Virus record (IMG/VR): IMGVR_UViG_3300048582_000136
Span: 9,893 to 73,892 of that record
Length of the DNA stretch: 64,000 nucleotides
Source of the DNA: a virus
Strand: one strand, 5' to 3'
In this document: positions 27,847-38,291 of the stretch, in pieces
Position numbering within the stretch: the first letter of the stretch is position 1
How the letters are laid out: each line of letters opens with the position of its first letter
Notes under the pieces: generated by a model
Databases searched by the model: none
The model's input: the letters and a program-made list of their open reading frames with translations, nothing else
What the model was told of the DNA's origin: nothing
Program-made: the position numbers and the translations under genes

Positions 27847-30018
27847 CTACGCAATCTTGTTCTCGAGCATCAGGTTGAGATCTGCGAAATCTTCGATCAT
27901 CGCTATGCTCAGATCAATCAGATCCGAACCGGTCATCAGAGTTCGCTTGAGAAACGCATCACGAGATTCCGCGGGGTAGAACCGACTTTGCGCTTGTGTG
28001 AACATTAGCGGATCAATGGCTCCACCGCCAGCCCCAAGAAGCTCCAGAGCTTTTTTGTTCAGCTCCTCGAGATCGTCTTTGTATTTCTCTCCAGCCTCAC
28101 CCAAAGCAATCTGGATCTGGCCGATTTCCGCGTTGAGCCATTTAGACACTGTATCGACGGCAGTGTTCATAAGTGTCATCAGGTTGTCGATCCGCATCAT
28201 CGATCCCCAGTCGATCGTGAAGCCCATACCTGCCGTGAAGTTGGCAAACGCCTGGAACGCCAGGAAGCTGAAAATCGCTGCCACAACAGCTCCCAACTCC
28301 TCCCCGAAGATGCCAGTCGAAAGGCCTTCAATCGACATCATCAGGCCGATCGCCCCCAGAGCATTCAACGTGGCTCCCAGGATGATTGCAGTCACTCCAG
28401 AGAGGCCGGCCGAGGTCCCCACGTTCAAGGCCGTTCCAAAGAGCCCTGAAGCGCCTGGGAAGATGAATGAGATCGCAATCGAGATCAGGATCGACAAGAG
28501 GATCTTGAAGATCCCCCGCTCGTACCACCGAACTTTCACCACCTTGTAGCAGTTGAAAACCACATGCCTGTTCGACAGAGCCAGCTGGTTGGCTTGGATC
28601 AGCGGCAGCTTTCTCAAGGTCGGGTAGTGCAATGGGACAATGAAACCTTCTTCGTCATCCCCACTCAGGGCATCAGACGTCGACAGATAAACTGCCTGTG
28701 CCCTGTAAACGTAGTTCCTATGAACCATCCCATACAAGTCCAACACCTTGTAGGTGTTTGAATCTGTTTGCCAAAACAGCCTCGAATGCGGGATTTCATA
28801 GGGGTTTTTGAAATAGTTGAAGATGCTGGTATCGCCTGGGACAACTCCACTTTGAACGTTGATCGCCGGCCGATCCACGAACCAAAGGTCTCCCTTCTTC
28901 GCCCCGACTTTTCCCACCCCACTGTAGAGCGTTTCGTCAATCGTGACCCAGTTGATCCGGATGTCATGATCGATGAAAGCGTTGTCCCCGGTGATCCTCA
29001 GTTCAGAGTTTGGAGGCTCGGCTCGAAACGTCAGGTCAAACGTAGTCCCCGTTTCGTGGGGCAACGAACCACCGCACCAGGTCTTGAACGACGCTGGGGA
29101 GTAGCTCTGGGTGTCTGCCAGGGTCTTGAAGAATTCGTAAAGGTAGCGAAGACCACACTTCTCTTGTGTGGTTATCTCAACCCCAAACATGACGCTAGCG
29201 AAGTCGATGTCATCCACGTTGGGGTTATCTTCGATCTCCCCGAGTATGGTCGAAATCGACTCTCCCATCACCTTTTTGTAGGCTCGAGAGATCGTGTCGT
29301 AATCGTCTGCAAAATCTGCATGATCGATCGGTTTGTTGTTGATCCTCAATGGGATGAACGGAAAAAAGGTTTCCTCGTCTGTCCCCCCAACATAGAGGAC
29401 ATCCAAAACCGAGTTTCCTGATCCAACCCGGTACAGGAAGATCCGCGGCATCCCATCTTCAGGGTCATCCCCGTCTGCCACCTTTCGGTAGTAGCAGACG
29501 ATGTAGTTCGCGTTCCTCACATACCCCGTAGCCACTACCGTTTCGGTCGACAGATCCTCATAGGTGATTACCATCGAGTTCGTGCTCGAAACGTAATCCA
29601 CCACCCAGGCCGTATTCAGGTCGGACGGGGTCGTCAGCATGATGTGCTGTTGTGCCCAGATCTCGATATCTGCAGACAGGACTTTGGCCTGGTCAATTAC
29701 CAGGTAGAAGCCGGCTTCGGTGGGCAGGTAAGGTTCGACGACGCTTTCGTCGACATCCGCCTCCACTCCGAGGCGCCCTGCCACCTTGCCCTGATCGTAG
29801 TGGTTCTTGGTCCACCTGAACCAAGCACGTTGATCCATCGTGGGGCCATTGAGCTGGGTGTCGACAATCCGCTCACCAAGACCAATTTTTTTCTCGTTCA
29901 AAAGCACATGCCGAGAAACGGTAGATTTCAGGACACTAACTCGGTCTGCTACAGGCCCTGCCATGTTGTAGGCGACCGAGGAGACGTAGACCACTTTCTT
30001 GTCACTGAAGAGGCTCAT
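27847..30018 (-). CDS. virion structural protein (N4 gp53-like)
   Basis: YVSSVAYNMAG, FFPFIPLR, FIVPLH and VFNCY...WY motifs; C-terminal hydrophobic segments. Confidence 0.85.
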   Translation of the reverse strand: MSLFSDKKVVYVSSVAYNMAGPVADRVSVLKSTVSRHVLLNEKKIGLGERIVDTQLNGPTMDQRAWFRWTKNHYDQGKVAGRLGVEADVDESVVEPYLPTEAGFYLVIDQAKVLSADIEIWAQQHIMLTTPSDLNTAWVVDYVSSTNSMVITYEDLSTETVVATGYVRNANYIVCYYRKVADGDDPEDGMPRIFLYRVGSGNSVLDVLYVGGTDEETFFPFIPLRINNKPIDHADFADDYDTISRAYKKVMGESISTILGEIEDNPNVDDIDFASVMFGVEITTQEKCGLRYLYEFFKTLADTQSYSPASFKTWCGGSLPHETGTTFDLTFRAEPPNSELRITGDNAFIDHDIRINWVTIDETLYSGVGKVGAKKGDLWFVDRPAINVQSGVVPGDTSIFNYFKNPYEIPHSRLFWQTDSNTYKVLDLYGMVHRNYVYRAQAVYLSTSDALSGDDEEGFIVPLHYPTLRKLPLIQANQLALSNRHVVFNCYKVVKVRWYERGIFKILLSILISIAISFIFPGASGLFGTALNVGTSAGLSGVTAIILGATLNALGAIGLMMSIEGLSTGIFGEELGAVVAAIFSFLAFQAFANFTAGMGFTIDWGSMMRIDNLMTLMNTAVDTVSKWLNAEIGQIQIALGEAGEKYKDDLEELNKKALELLGAGGGAIDPLMFTQAQSRFYPAESRDAFLKRTLMTGSDLIDLSIAMIEDFADLNLMLENKIA

Positions 30019-30056
30019 GGTGTTTGGGGAGCCATTGGCTCCCCTACTCTCCTGTA

Positions 30057-30896
30057 TTACGGCGCCAGAACGCCAAGGTCCGTGAGCACCTCGTTCACAC
30101 CTTCCTGGATCTTCGTGTTCGTGAAGACCGTAGGTGCCGTCAGACCCTCGTCGATCGTCTTCTGGGCAATCCAGCTGTCGCTCAGAAGCTTCACGCCTTT
30201 GTATTTGGCGTCCTTGATGTAGCTGTCGATCTGTTGCGTGATCAGGTCTTTTTGCTTTTTCACCATGCCGTTGACCGGTGTGGTTCCATCGCTCAAAGTA
30301 TCCCTGGTCTGTGCCCGGACACCTTCCAGCTGCTCTTCGACCAGCGCCTTCTGGGCATAGGTGGTTTCGTATTTGGCGACCTCGTTGGCCACCTGCAGCT
30401 GGATCAGCACATACTGCGCCTCCAGGATCTCCGCCTGAGACTGTGCAGCCACCAACTGGGCCTTGGCCGTCTCCAGAGCCAGACGAGCCGTGACAGCCTC
30501 AATCTCGGCTTTCCGTGCCTGGAGCTGAACCAAGACGGCTGACCACTTCGACTGGTCCTTCTGCAGCAAGAACTGCAGACCGGTCGACAAGGCCGCCGTC
30601 GTCATCTCGATGTAGGCCTTGGTGTATTGGTCACCCGAGATGCGGTTCTTCTGGAACTGCTCGGCAAGGTGTTCCTTGATCGAGGACATCACCTTGTCAA
30701 AAGTGCCGCTGCCCCCAACAGAGCCCGTGGTCAGCTCATCGATCGTCAATGCCGCAATGTTGTCGTAAAGCGGGTTGCCGGTCTCAGGCGGAATGTTGAA
30801 CTCTTCGCCGCCCAGATCAACCGTGGGGATGGTGATATCCACCCCCAAGGTCGACATCATGTTCTGGGCGACTGTTTCTGCGGGCAGCGGCGGCAT
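30057..30896 (-). CDS. tail/structural protein (N4 gp54-like)
   Basis: GSGTFDKVM...RISGDQY...WIAQKTIDEG; synteny. Confidence 0.85.
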   Translation of the reverse strand: MPPLPAETVAQNMMSTLGVDITIPTVDLGGEEFNIPPETGNPLYDNIAALTIDELTTGSVGGSGTFDKVMSSIKEHLAEQFQKNRISGDQYTKAYIEMTTAALSTGLQFLLQKDQSKWSAVLVQLQARKAEIEAVTARLALETAKAQLVAAQSQAEILEAQYVLIQLQVANEVAKYETTYAQKALVEEQLEGVRAQTRDTLSDGTTPVNGMVKKQKDLITQQIDSYIKDAKYKGVKLLSDSWIAQKTIDEGLTAPTVFTNTKIQEGVNEVLTDLGVLAP

Positions 30897-30899
30897 GGG

Positions 30900-31502
30900 T
30901 TACACTCCCACTCGTTCGGCCGCGGCCTGCTTCAGAGCCAGCTCGGCGAGCTCTTCCGGCGTCAGCGGATCCAGAACCACGATGTTGTATTCCGGAGCCA
31001 TACGGCGGATGATTTCCACCTTGCCGTTCTTTTCTTTCGACCGGATATCCTGGTACTGGCGTTGGATCAGATCGTCATACAGCACCTTCGGGATGTGGTA
31101 GCCGTTGTCGGTCTCTTCGCCGAAGGGAATGAACTTCTGCACCTTGCCGATGTACTTGTTGGCGACGGTGATGATCTCGCCCTTGAGATCCCGTTTGTCA
31201 GGGTTCAGGTTGTAGATCTTGCACCGAACCAGAGCCATGCTTTCCTTGATCAGGTGCGTGCGAAGCTCCTGTTCTTTCTCGGCTTTGGTCTTCTCACGGA
31301 TTGGCCCGACAGAAGTTGGATCTTCGGTTTCCGTTTCGCTGACACCATTCAGCTTGTCATTGACCTTCTTGCGAAGGCTCTCGAGACCAATGTTGTTGCC
31401 ATGGCTGATGCCGAGCATCTTGGCTCGTTCTTTCAGCACAGCCAGCTCTTCAGTGGGGTTCGATTCCGTTTCGGTGTTCGGGTCTTGGATTTGCTCGCTC
31501 AT
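30900..31502 (-). CDS. N4 gp55-like protein
   Basis: LKERAKMLGI...LNPDKRDLKGEIITVAN...LDPLTPEEL motifs. Confidence 0.85.
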   Translation of the reverse strand: MSEQIQDPNTETESNPTEELAVLKERAKMLGISHGNNIGLESLRKKVNDKLNGVSETETEDPTSVGPIREKTKAEKEQELRTHLIKESMALVRCKIYNLNPDKRDLKGEIITVANKYIGKVQKFIPFGEETDNGYHIPKVLYDDLIQRQYQDIRSKEKNGKVEIIRRMAPEYNIVVLDPLTPEELAELALKQAAAERVGV

Positions 31503-31543
31503 CGAGTTCCTGCTTCTTCTGCTCTAGGTTTCAAGGGTAGGTA

Positions 31544-31569
31544 GGAGGGGGGAATGTATCCCCCCCTCC
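31544..31569 (-). terminator. strong hairpin after the major capsid gene
   Basis: GGAGGGGGGA...TCCCCCCCTCC; no clear U-tract. Confidence 0.5.
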
Positions 31570-31584
31570 CAGGTCGCATCAGGC

Positions 31585-33006
31585 TCACATACGAGCGACG
31601 GTGCGGATCGTGGCCAGGCGTTCCGGGCGCATGATCAGGGTGCCGTAGTACCACTTGATCGAGCTGAAGCCCTTCTCGCCGAACGGATCGTCACGGTCAG
31701 CCGTGGCTTCACCAGGCATCTTGGTGATGATCTTGAACTTCGTGGTCTTGCCGTCGGTCTGGAAACCGATGGTGGTGAAGCTCTCGGCACCGACGACGAG
31801 CATCGGGAACACCGAGTAGCGATCGTTTTCGGCGTAGTAGCCCGCGTTGGTTCCGACTTCGGCACCAGCACCGGCCCAGTGCAGCATCTCGGGAACCACG
31901 ATGATGCGGAACTGGTCGACGGTCCCGATCTCGCCGTTCATGATCGTGGTGGCATCAGCATACTGGTGCACCGGAATGAACGCCGGGTTGTTGTGGTAGT
32001 CCTTCATGCGCTTGACGGTCGACTCGAGCTCCGAGCCGATGTACATCACGCGACCCGAGTTGATCGTCTTGGTGTCGATCATGCGGGAACCGGTGATGAC
32101 CTTGGTCTGCTTCGGCGTCCGGTTGTCGTTCAGGATGGTGGCCAGACGGGCCAGGTCATCGTAGTCGACTTCCGAGATCGTGCCTTCACCGGTCACGGTA
32201 GCGTTCGAGGTGGCAGCGCCGGCATAGACCGTCACACCAGCACCCTGCAGCAGATCGATCTGCAGCACGGCTTCAGTCAGCTGGGTTGCACCCTGAACCA
32301 TCTCGCGCGACAGGTGCTCGTAGAGCATTTCGTCCGTGTCGAAATCGAAGGATTCCTGGGTGAACTCGGTGAAGAGACCGAACTTCGCGATCGAGCCAGT
32401 GCGCTCGACACGGGTGAAGCCAACACGGTTCACACGACCACCGTCTTCGGTCAGAAGCGGGAGACGCGAGGTGATCGTGCCGACGTCCTTGGACGAGCCG
32501 TAGAGGTTCGCGTGGCCAGGCTTCGCAACGGCACCGAGATTCAGAGCCAGAACGGCATCTTTCTCGACAGCCGAAGCGTAGCGGGCCGAAGTGCCACCCA
32601 CCAGGGTGATGGTCGCAAGACCCGCACCACCGGAGTTGTCAGCGCCGGCCGTGGCGACAAGCGTCGAACCCACGTTGGCGTTGATGGCGGTAACCGCAGT
32701 GGCTTTGGTGGCGTTGGCAATCGCCATCACAGTCCGCGGGAAGGAGACGAACCAGTTGGTCGCCAGGATCGTGGCGCCCGAAGCATCGAGGCCCTGGTCC
32801 GAGACGTTCCGGCTGTCGAGCAGCGGAATGTACTGGTACACCTTGATCGACTTGCCGTAGTGCTTGGGCATGGCAATCACGTCAGCAAGCTGCGTGAAGT
32901 ACATGTCCTTCTTGGCGTCGATGATGGCCTTCTTCTGGTAGAAGAAGGTGTTAAACTGCGGACCGATGTCCGACGGGGTGCCCGGAGGCTTGTTGTAGTG
33001 CTGCAT
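31585..33006 (-). CDS. major capsid protein (N4 gp56-like)
   Basis: [39 protein letters not shown] and SSIKWYYG motifs. Confidence 0.96.
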   Translation of the reverse strand: MQHYNKPPGTPSDIGPQFNTFFYQKKAIIDAKKDMYFTQLADVIAMPKHYGKSIKVYQYIPLLDSRNVSDQGLDASGATILATNWFVSFPRTVMAIANATKATAVTAINANVGSTLVATAGADNSGGAGLATITLVGGTSARYASAVEKDAVLALNLGAVAKPGHANLYGSSKDVGTITSRLPLLTEDGGRVNRVGFTRVERTGSIAKFGLFTEFTQESFDFDTDEMLYEHLSREMVQGATQLTEAVLQIDLLQGAGVTVYAGAATSNATVTGEGTISEVDYDDLARLATILNDNRTPKQTKVITGSRMIDTKTINSGRVMYIGSELESTVKRMKDYHNNPAFIPVHQYADATTIMNGEIGTVDQFRIIVVPEMLHWAGAGAEVGTNAGYYAENDRYSVFPMLVVGAESFTTIGFQTDGKTTKFKIITKMPGEATADRDDPFGEKGFSSIKWYYGTLIMRPERLATIRTVARM

Positions 33007-33029
33007 GCTCTTTCCTCAGTCTTTTCTCT

Positions 33030-34223
33030 TTACAGCCTCTTCGCGAGGGCTGCGTTTTTCTCGAAATCCTCATCCGATAGGGAGAGGGGGTTGAAGTCCT
33101 GGACGGCGGCCTTCTTGGGCACCGTGCTGGTGGGGGAAGCAGCCTTGGCCTTGTCGTTGTTGCTCACCGTGGACTTCGGGATCGCCGGGCGGGTTTCCAG
33201 AACTCGGCTTGGCTGGTTCACAGCTGCCGGTTTCGGGGTAAGCAGGCCTTGGGCGTCCAACTCCTTGCCGACGGCAAGGTAAGCGTGAATGAACGGTTGT
33301 CCGACAGGGAGTGCACCAAGCATCTTCCGCCGATCAATCTCGTCCGAAACCTTTTGGTAGATTCCAGACTGCCTTTGCTCATGCATCAGCCGAAGGAGAT
33401 TCGGATCGGTGTAGAGCGCCTTCTTGCTCTCGGCGTCCCAGGTCCGGTTGACGGCGACAACGGTATCCTGACCTGCTTGGTCGAGCATCAGCTCATCAAG
33501 CGTGGTCTGGAAAGCGATCTCGGCGTCAGAGACCTTGTGATTGCCCGGCGTGTAGCGCGGCTCGACTGAGGTATCGATCTCCAGGGGATCGACACCACTT
33601 TCCTTGATGAACTTCTGGATCGCTGCAGGGTTCTTCTTATCCAGATCGATCAGATAAGTAAGCTTGCCCTCGTCCAGAAGGTTATTGTTCTCCAGCATCT
33701 TTAGCAGCTTGAGACTCGGCTGCAAAGCCTGAAGTTTCTTCGTATAGTTCGCACCCATTTGCATGAGGCGAACAACTTCATCGACCGACTGAACCTGGAT
33801 GTCTTTCCCGTTCGCTTTGATCGGTCCCATCACCCGGTCGTAGAAGGCCTTCAGATCGACGTCGGTCTTTCCTTCGGACTTCTCTGTCTCGGGCTTGTCC
33901 TCGCTTTTGCCTGGCTCATCTGCCTTGACATCAGCTTCGGGTTTGTCTTCTCCGGCCGGGGCTGTCGTCGTGGTTCCTGCTCCCGCAGGAACCTCTCCTC
34001 CGGCGTCCCCGTCCGGGGCAACACCGTCATCAGCACCAGCGAGAACATCAGCCTCCGAACCAACAGGAGCATCGGCCGCTTCTCCCTCATTTTCCGGCTC
34101 GGTAGGCTTCTCTTCTGTATCAGGCTCTTCAGCCGCAGACTCCACTTGAGGAGCCACAGCAAAGCCCATCACCTCTTCATCAGAGAGATTGGCCAGCTGG
34201 TCTTCGGTGAGAGTGGTGCTCAT
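33030..34223 (-). CDS. N4 gp57-like protein (probable scaffold)
   Basis: Acidic N-terminus; KANGK...LMQMGANYTKK; ends LSDEDF. Confidence 0.85.
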   Translation of the reverse strand: MSTTLTEDQLANLSDEEVMGFAVAPQVESAAEEPDTEEKPTEPENEGEAADAPVGSEADVLAGADDGVAPDGDAGGEVPAGAGTTTTAPAGEDKPEADVKADEPGKSEDKPETEKSEGKTDVDLKAFYDRVMGPIKANGKDIQVQSVDEVVRLMQMGANYTKKLQALQPSLKLLKMLENNNLLDEGKLTYLIDLDKKNPAAIQKFIKESGVDPLEIDTSVEPRYTPGNHKVSDAEIAFQTTLDELMLDQAGQDTVVAVNRTWDAESKKALYTDPNLLRLMHEQRQSGIYQKVSDEIDRRKMLGALPVGQPFIHAYLAVGKELDAQGLLTPKPAAVNQPSRVLETRPAIPKSTVSNNDKAKAASPTSTVPKKAAVQDFNPLSLSDEDFEKNAALAKRL

Positions 34224-34567
34224 TCAAGCACCCCTGCTTCTTCACCACGGATCTCGTCGAGGGTTTCACGGGCTTCCTCGATTTCACGTTCTGCCAGGTC
34301 ACCCATTTGAATGGCTGTGGACAGGTAGCGGCGGAAGGCGCCGATGCCCATCATATCGTTCCAGACGTGCTTGTGGTTTTCACCCAGGCTCGGGTGCGAG
34401 ATCAGGTTGGCGAGACGGGCGGCTTCCTTCTCGAAATAGCCTTCAAGCACGAGGGCCTTGAAATCGGGGTTGTCGGCAAGCCGGCGAGCCATAGAGGCAC
34501 GCTCGACCATCTTCTGGGCTTCTTCGATGGAGAGTTCGATCTGCTCGATGTCGTTCTGCTGAGACAC
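34220..34567 (-). CDS. N4 gp58-like protein
   Basis: NPDFKALVLEGYFEKEAARL; synteny. Confidence 0.85.
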   Translation of the reverse strand: MSQQNDIEQIELSIEEAQKMVERASMARRLADNPDFKALVLEGYFEKEAARLANLISHPSLGENHKHVWNDMMGIGAFRRYLSTAIQMGDLAEREIEEARETLDEIRGEEAGVLE

Positions 34568-34630
34568 GATGTTTCCTCAGTTCTTTTCTGGTGTGTCTGG
34601 CCAAATCTGGCTTCGATAGGTTTCTCGGAT

Positions 34631-36775
34631 TTACCTGTTGTTGGCGGCCGAGAGGGCGTTCCACCCGACAGCAGCCTCAACGCTGCCAGGTGCCTCACCT
34701 TCCTTTTTCGGCTTGGTGAGGGCCTTCGTGATTTCGAGATCCTGGTTGGCCTGAGCCTGACCAGCCACCCGGTCCATGTCCCGAGCGTGCTTGGTTCCCG
34801 TTTCCTGTTCGACGTAGTCGAGGTCCTTGATATCTGCGTCCGAAGAGTGCTTCCTTGCAGCAGCCCGACGTTCTTCAGCTCGAGCCCGGATCTCGTCGAT
34901 TTCAGCTTCAAGCTTAGCGAGCTCGAGCTTCTTGATGGCTTCCATGTGTGGATCCGGCTGGGGCTGGTAGTTCTCCAGCTTGTGTGCCAGCTCTGGCATG
35001 CGCTTCAGATCCGCAATTTCAGCCAGGATCATTTGGCGCATGACGGGATCCATGTCGGGACCGATGGTCTGGAGCATAAAGCCCAGATCCTGAGCACGGG
35101 CTTCGTCAACTTCTGCCGTAGCAATATCGACTTCGAGGTCAAAATTGCCTTTGAGGTCTTCCCGACGAATGGTGATGAATTTCGAGTTTGTCACTCGAAT
35201 GACTTCTTCCTCGCTGAGGAAGACGGCGTTCATCGCCACGATCTTGGTGCCGATCTCCACTACGCCTTGAGCCAGGCGCTGTAGGATGTCCATTTCCCGC
35301 TTTGAGGCTGCGTCCAGCATGCCTCTGATGCCGGCCGCCACATCGCCGTAAGCATCCCCGGAGAGGCCACCAGTGAAGCTCTTTACCCCGGTCAGGGCTT
35401 CAGCTTCCTGGTTCTGCAGAGTCATCATCGTGACCGCGGAGTTCGGGATCTCCGGATACTGGTGCATGTAGATCGCCAGACGGGGATCCCCTGCACCAGG
35501 GTTGAACTCGTAGTCGAGGCCTCTCTCGAACCGACGCTTGTTCACCACATCAAGGAAGTTCTTGGCCACGCCTTGTTGTGAGTTAGCCGATCGAGCCAGA
35601 AGGTCGATCATGCCTCGGGTGACGGCTCCCAGTATCGCCTGGTTGTCTTCCAGCACCTCGGCATCAGGTTCCCCGAGAAGAGAACGTTTCACCGGCAGGT
35701 ATGGTACAACGACGAAAGGAACCTTCTCGTCCGGGAAAGGGTTCTCCTCCATCCGGATCATCGTGTCACCGATCCAGGTGGCTACGATCGGTTTCAGGCT
35801 TTCGTTACCCTCGACGTCGTAAAAGCCCCAGTATTCATAAGCGATGACTCGTTTGCGAAGATCATCGTTGAAGTTGAAATTGGACTCCGTCTGGGTCTTG
35901 TGATCCGGGGTTCCCAGGATGGTGTTGCCCGACCAGTTGACCGCATTGAGGTTCTTGTAGCGGCCGTCCTTCATCAAGTCAGCCTTCGAGGTTTCGAAGC
36001 TGATCACAACGAACTTGGCCTTGGAAAGGTCACCTTCGCAGGACGGATCGACGTAGAAGTTGCTCGGATCTATGATCGAGACAGTCGGGTGGTTTGCCAC
36101 CACCTCTTCCTCGTCGACTTCCTCTTCGCCGACCATATCGGCGATCACCGGCATCCCGGTTTCCAGGAAGTAGTCAACAGCTGCCCGCAGCTCTTCCGGC
36201 AGACTTAGGTATCCGTTCGGATCAGCCTCTTTCTGTTGAAGGGCCTGTTGCAGGACTTGCTCCTGCTCCGGCATATCCATGGTCCGATACTGAAACACCG
36301 GAACCATCTTCTTGATCATCCGGGTTACACGGTTCCAACCAACCCGCACAATCACCGAGCCTTCGTCGACAGCAGTGCGAACATACTGGTTGATGAAAGC
36401 GACCGAGTTCAGCTTGGTGCGGAACTGCCAGTTGAGGAGGATCTGGTTCTGCTCAGCACTGGCCGTGTCTTCAAAGGTCATCGGCGAAATCTTGAAGAGC
36501 TTCTTGCTCGACAGAAACGGGCTCGACAAAGCCGAATAGCGCCACTCTGCCTGGCGCCGGATCAGCTTCGGTTGAACGTTGGATCTGCCTTCGACTTTCT
36601 TCGGGCGAGCCTTGCCAGTCACATCCCGCAGGCTATTCCAATGAAGGACCTTCTGGACATGGGAATCATGAGCCTGTTTGGACCCTTCAAAGTCCTCCTT
36701 CAGCTTCATAACCGAAGGCTCTTTTGCCCACTCTGTCAGTGGCTTTGCGCCAGGCAGTCCAACTTCAGTTGACAT
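34631..36775 (-). CDS. portal protein (N4 gp59-like)
   Basis: PKLIRRQAEWRYSALS, AYEYWG, ENPFPD and EAEALTGVKSF motifs. Confidence 0.95.
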   Translation of the reverse strand: MSTEVGLPGAKPLTEWAKEPSVMKLKEDFEGSKQAHDSHVQKVLHWNSLRDVTGKARPKKVEGRSNVQPKLIRRQAEWRYSALSSPFLSSKKLFKISPMTFEDTASAEQNQILLNWQFRTKLNSVAFINQYVRTAVDEGSVIVRVGWNRVTRMIKKMVPVFQYRTMDMPEQEQVLQQALQQKEADPNGYLSLPEELRAAVDYFLETGMPVIADMVGEEEVDEEEVVANHPTVSIIDPSNFYVDPSCEGDLSKAKFVVISFETSKADLMKDGRYKNLNAVNWSGNTILGTPDHKTQTESNFNFNDDLRKRVIAYEYWGFYDVEGNESLKPIVATWIGDTMIRMEENPFPDEKVPFVVVPYLPVKRSLLGEPDAEVLEDNQAILGAVTRGMIDLLARSANSQQGVAKNFLDVVNKRRFERGLDYEFNPGAGDPRLAIYMHQYPEIPNSAVTMMTLQNQEAEALTGVKSFTGGLSGDAYGDVAAGIRGMLDAASKREMDILQRLAQGVVEIGTKIVAMNAVFLSEEEVIRVTNSKFITIRREDLKGNFDLEVDIATAEVDEARAQDLGFMLQTIGPDMDPVMRQMILAEIADLKRMPELAHKLENYQPQPDPHMEAIKKLELAKLEAEIDEIRARAEERRAAARKHSSDADIKDLDYVEQETGTKHARDMDRVAGQAQANQDLEITKALTKPKKEGEAPGSVEAAVGWNALSAANNR

Positions 36776-37028
36776 TCAGACCCTCGTCTTTGCACCGCTG
36801 GACCGCCATGCAGATCGTGGTCAGCTTGTTGTTGGCTCGGCGCAGGGCGAAAGTGTTCGAGACATGAGCTTCAGCCAGTTGTCCCACTGTCTTCAGGGAA
36901 CCAGTGGCTTCAGGCTCGGGCTCGAACACCTCGTCAGGTAGGGCTTCAAGGGGCCGGAGATCCTGCCCGCAAGCGCTCAAGGCTACGAACGACATCAGCA
37001 GAAAGCAGATCCGAATAGCCCTGAGCAT
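36765..37028 (-). CDS. o-spanin (Rz1-like lipoprotein)
   Basis: MLRAIRICFLLMSFVALSAC carries the lipobox LSA|C; overlaps the 3' end of the i-spanin gene. Confidence 0.8.
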   Translation of the reverse strand: MLRAIRICFLLMSFVALSACGQDLRPLEALPDEVFEPEPEATGSLKTVGQLAEAHVSNTFALRRANNKLTTICMAVQRCKDEGLNVN

Positions 37029-37248
37029 CCCGAAGATCGTTCCTGATATCATCCTGATCCTTATCTAGGATCGCATTAGCCTTTCTCAGTTGTTCCGTCA
37101 ATGCCATTGCGGCGCGGATGTTCTTGATATCTTCCGTCAGACTCTTGTTCTGATCAGCCAGATCTTGAGCACGGATCGTAATCAATCCAGCATAGCCAAC
37201 CAGAACCAGAACCAACCCCAGCGGTAGGAGCCTGAAAAACTGCATCAT
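36946..37248 (-). CDS. i-spanin (Rz-like)
   Basis: N-terminal TM helix then a coiled coil; directly after the endolysin. Confidence 0.8.
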   Translation of the reverse strand: MMQFFRLLPLGLVLVLVGYAGLITIRAQDLADQNKSLTEDIKNIRAAMALTEQLRKANAILDKDQDDIRNDLRDAQGYSDLLSADVVRSLERLRAGSPAP

Positions 37249-37700
37249 AGCCAGTCCCTATCCTCCACCTTGAACCCTGGGCAAAGCTTGTTGGCGTAGT
37301 CGTTGTGGCCGGTGACCCACTTGATCCCCGGCAAACTAGCAATGAGCTTTTTCACTCCTTGACGCTGCGCGGCCGTGTAGAAATCTTCGAACCGGCCCAT
37401 CTTCGTGATCGTCTTCACATTGATCATACAGATCCCGATCGTACCTCGGTTCCGTTCGACGCAATGAGCTCCAATCTGGTTGAAGGTCCTGCCCTGGATC
37501 CAGCTCCCATCGGGGTGCACTAGGACATGGTAGCCGATCATCTTGAAGCCTCGATCCCGGCGATGCCAGAGATCAATCTCCGATCTCATTTCCTTCAAGG
37601 TCTTTCCCTTCCACCAATCTCCTGGTGTGGCGGGGGTATGAAGGATCACCTCATTCACGAGGTAGCCGGCATTCCCTTGTCGGATCTGTTCCATTTTCAT
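37245..37700 (-). CDS. endolysin, N-acetylmuramoyl-L-alanine amidase (T7 lysozyme-like)
   Basis: ILHT, IGYH, GAHC and GHNDYANKLCPGF zinc ligands. Confidence 0.93.
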   Translation of the reverse strand: MKMEQIRQGNAGYLVNEVILHTPATPGDWWKGKTLKEMRSEIDLWHRRDRGFKMIGYHVLVHPDGSWIQGRTFNQIGAHCVERNRGTIGICMINVKTITKMGRFEDFYTAAQRQGVKKLIASLPGIKWVTGHNDYANKLCPGFKVEDRDWL

Positions 37701-37849
37701 AGCCCGGAAACCCCTGTGATGTGGGAAGTGTGATCAGACCCATCTGATTGGCTCTGATCCGTGTGCGTGAGAAATGCCAGAAGCAGGCTGATTATCAAGA
37801 TCACCAAATATCTCTTCGAGTACCGAAGGGAGTCTTTAAGATTTTCCAT
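37697..37849 (-). CDS. small single-TM protein in the lysis cassette
   Basis: MENLKDSLRYSKRYLVILIISLLLAFLT...; GGAGGA SD. Confidence 0.55.
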   Translation of the reverse strand: MENLKDSLRYSKRYLVILIISLLLAFLTHTDQSQSDGSDHTSHITGVSGL

Positions 37850-38144
37850 CGGTGGTTCCTCCCATCCGGTTTTGAATAAGCTCTTTGATGAAGGCCCTGT
37901 CCGAAACCAAAGCCGTCCCGACATCCAAAAGGATCATGCCGAAAGCCATGATACCGACTGTTGCAATGTTTTCGGAAACAGAGAACCAGCGAGCAGCGTC
38001 TCCGGAAAGGCCCACAGCAAGCGCTGCACTGGCCAAGGTTTTTCCAGTACGTTTCACTATGGGTTCTCTTTCTGCATCGCGTGTCGCGATGTAGAGGACC
38101 ATGCCCAAGAGCACGAACCAGTATTCTATCGGTTTACTCATCAT
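37836..38144 (-). CDS. holin
   Basis: 102 aa, about three hydrophobic segments, upstream of the endolysin. Confidence 0.75.
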   Translation of the reverse strand: MMSKPIEYWFVLLGMVLYIATRDAEREPIVKRTGKTLASAALAVGLSGDAARWFSVSENIATVGIMAFGMILLDVGTALVSDRAFIKELIQNRMGGTTDGKS

Positions 38145-38291
38145 CGCCGTTCATCTGCTCCTTGGCTCTTCAGCATTTCATTTCTCTTTCTCTCAGTATT
38201 TGAAGAACGCGCCCGAAAAGAACGTGAGCGGATCAGTCATTACTGTCGTACTGCCACTACGGAAACTAGACATCCTGAGATGTTGTGCACA

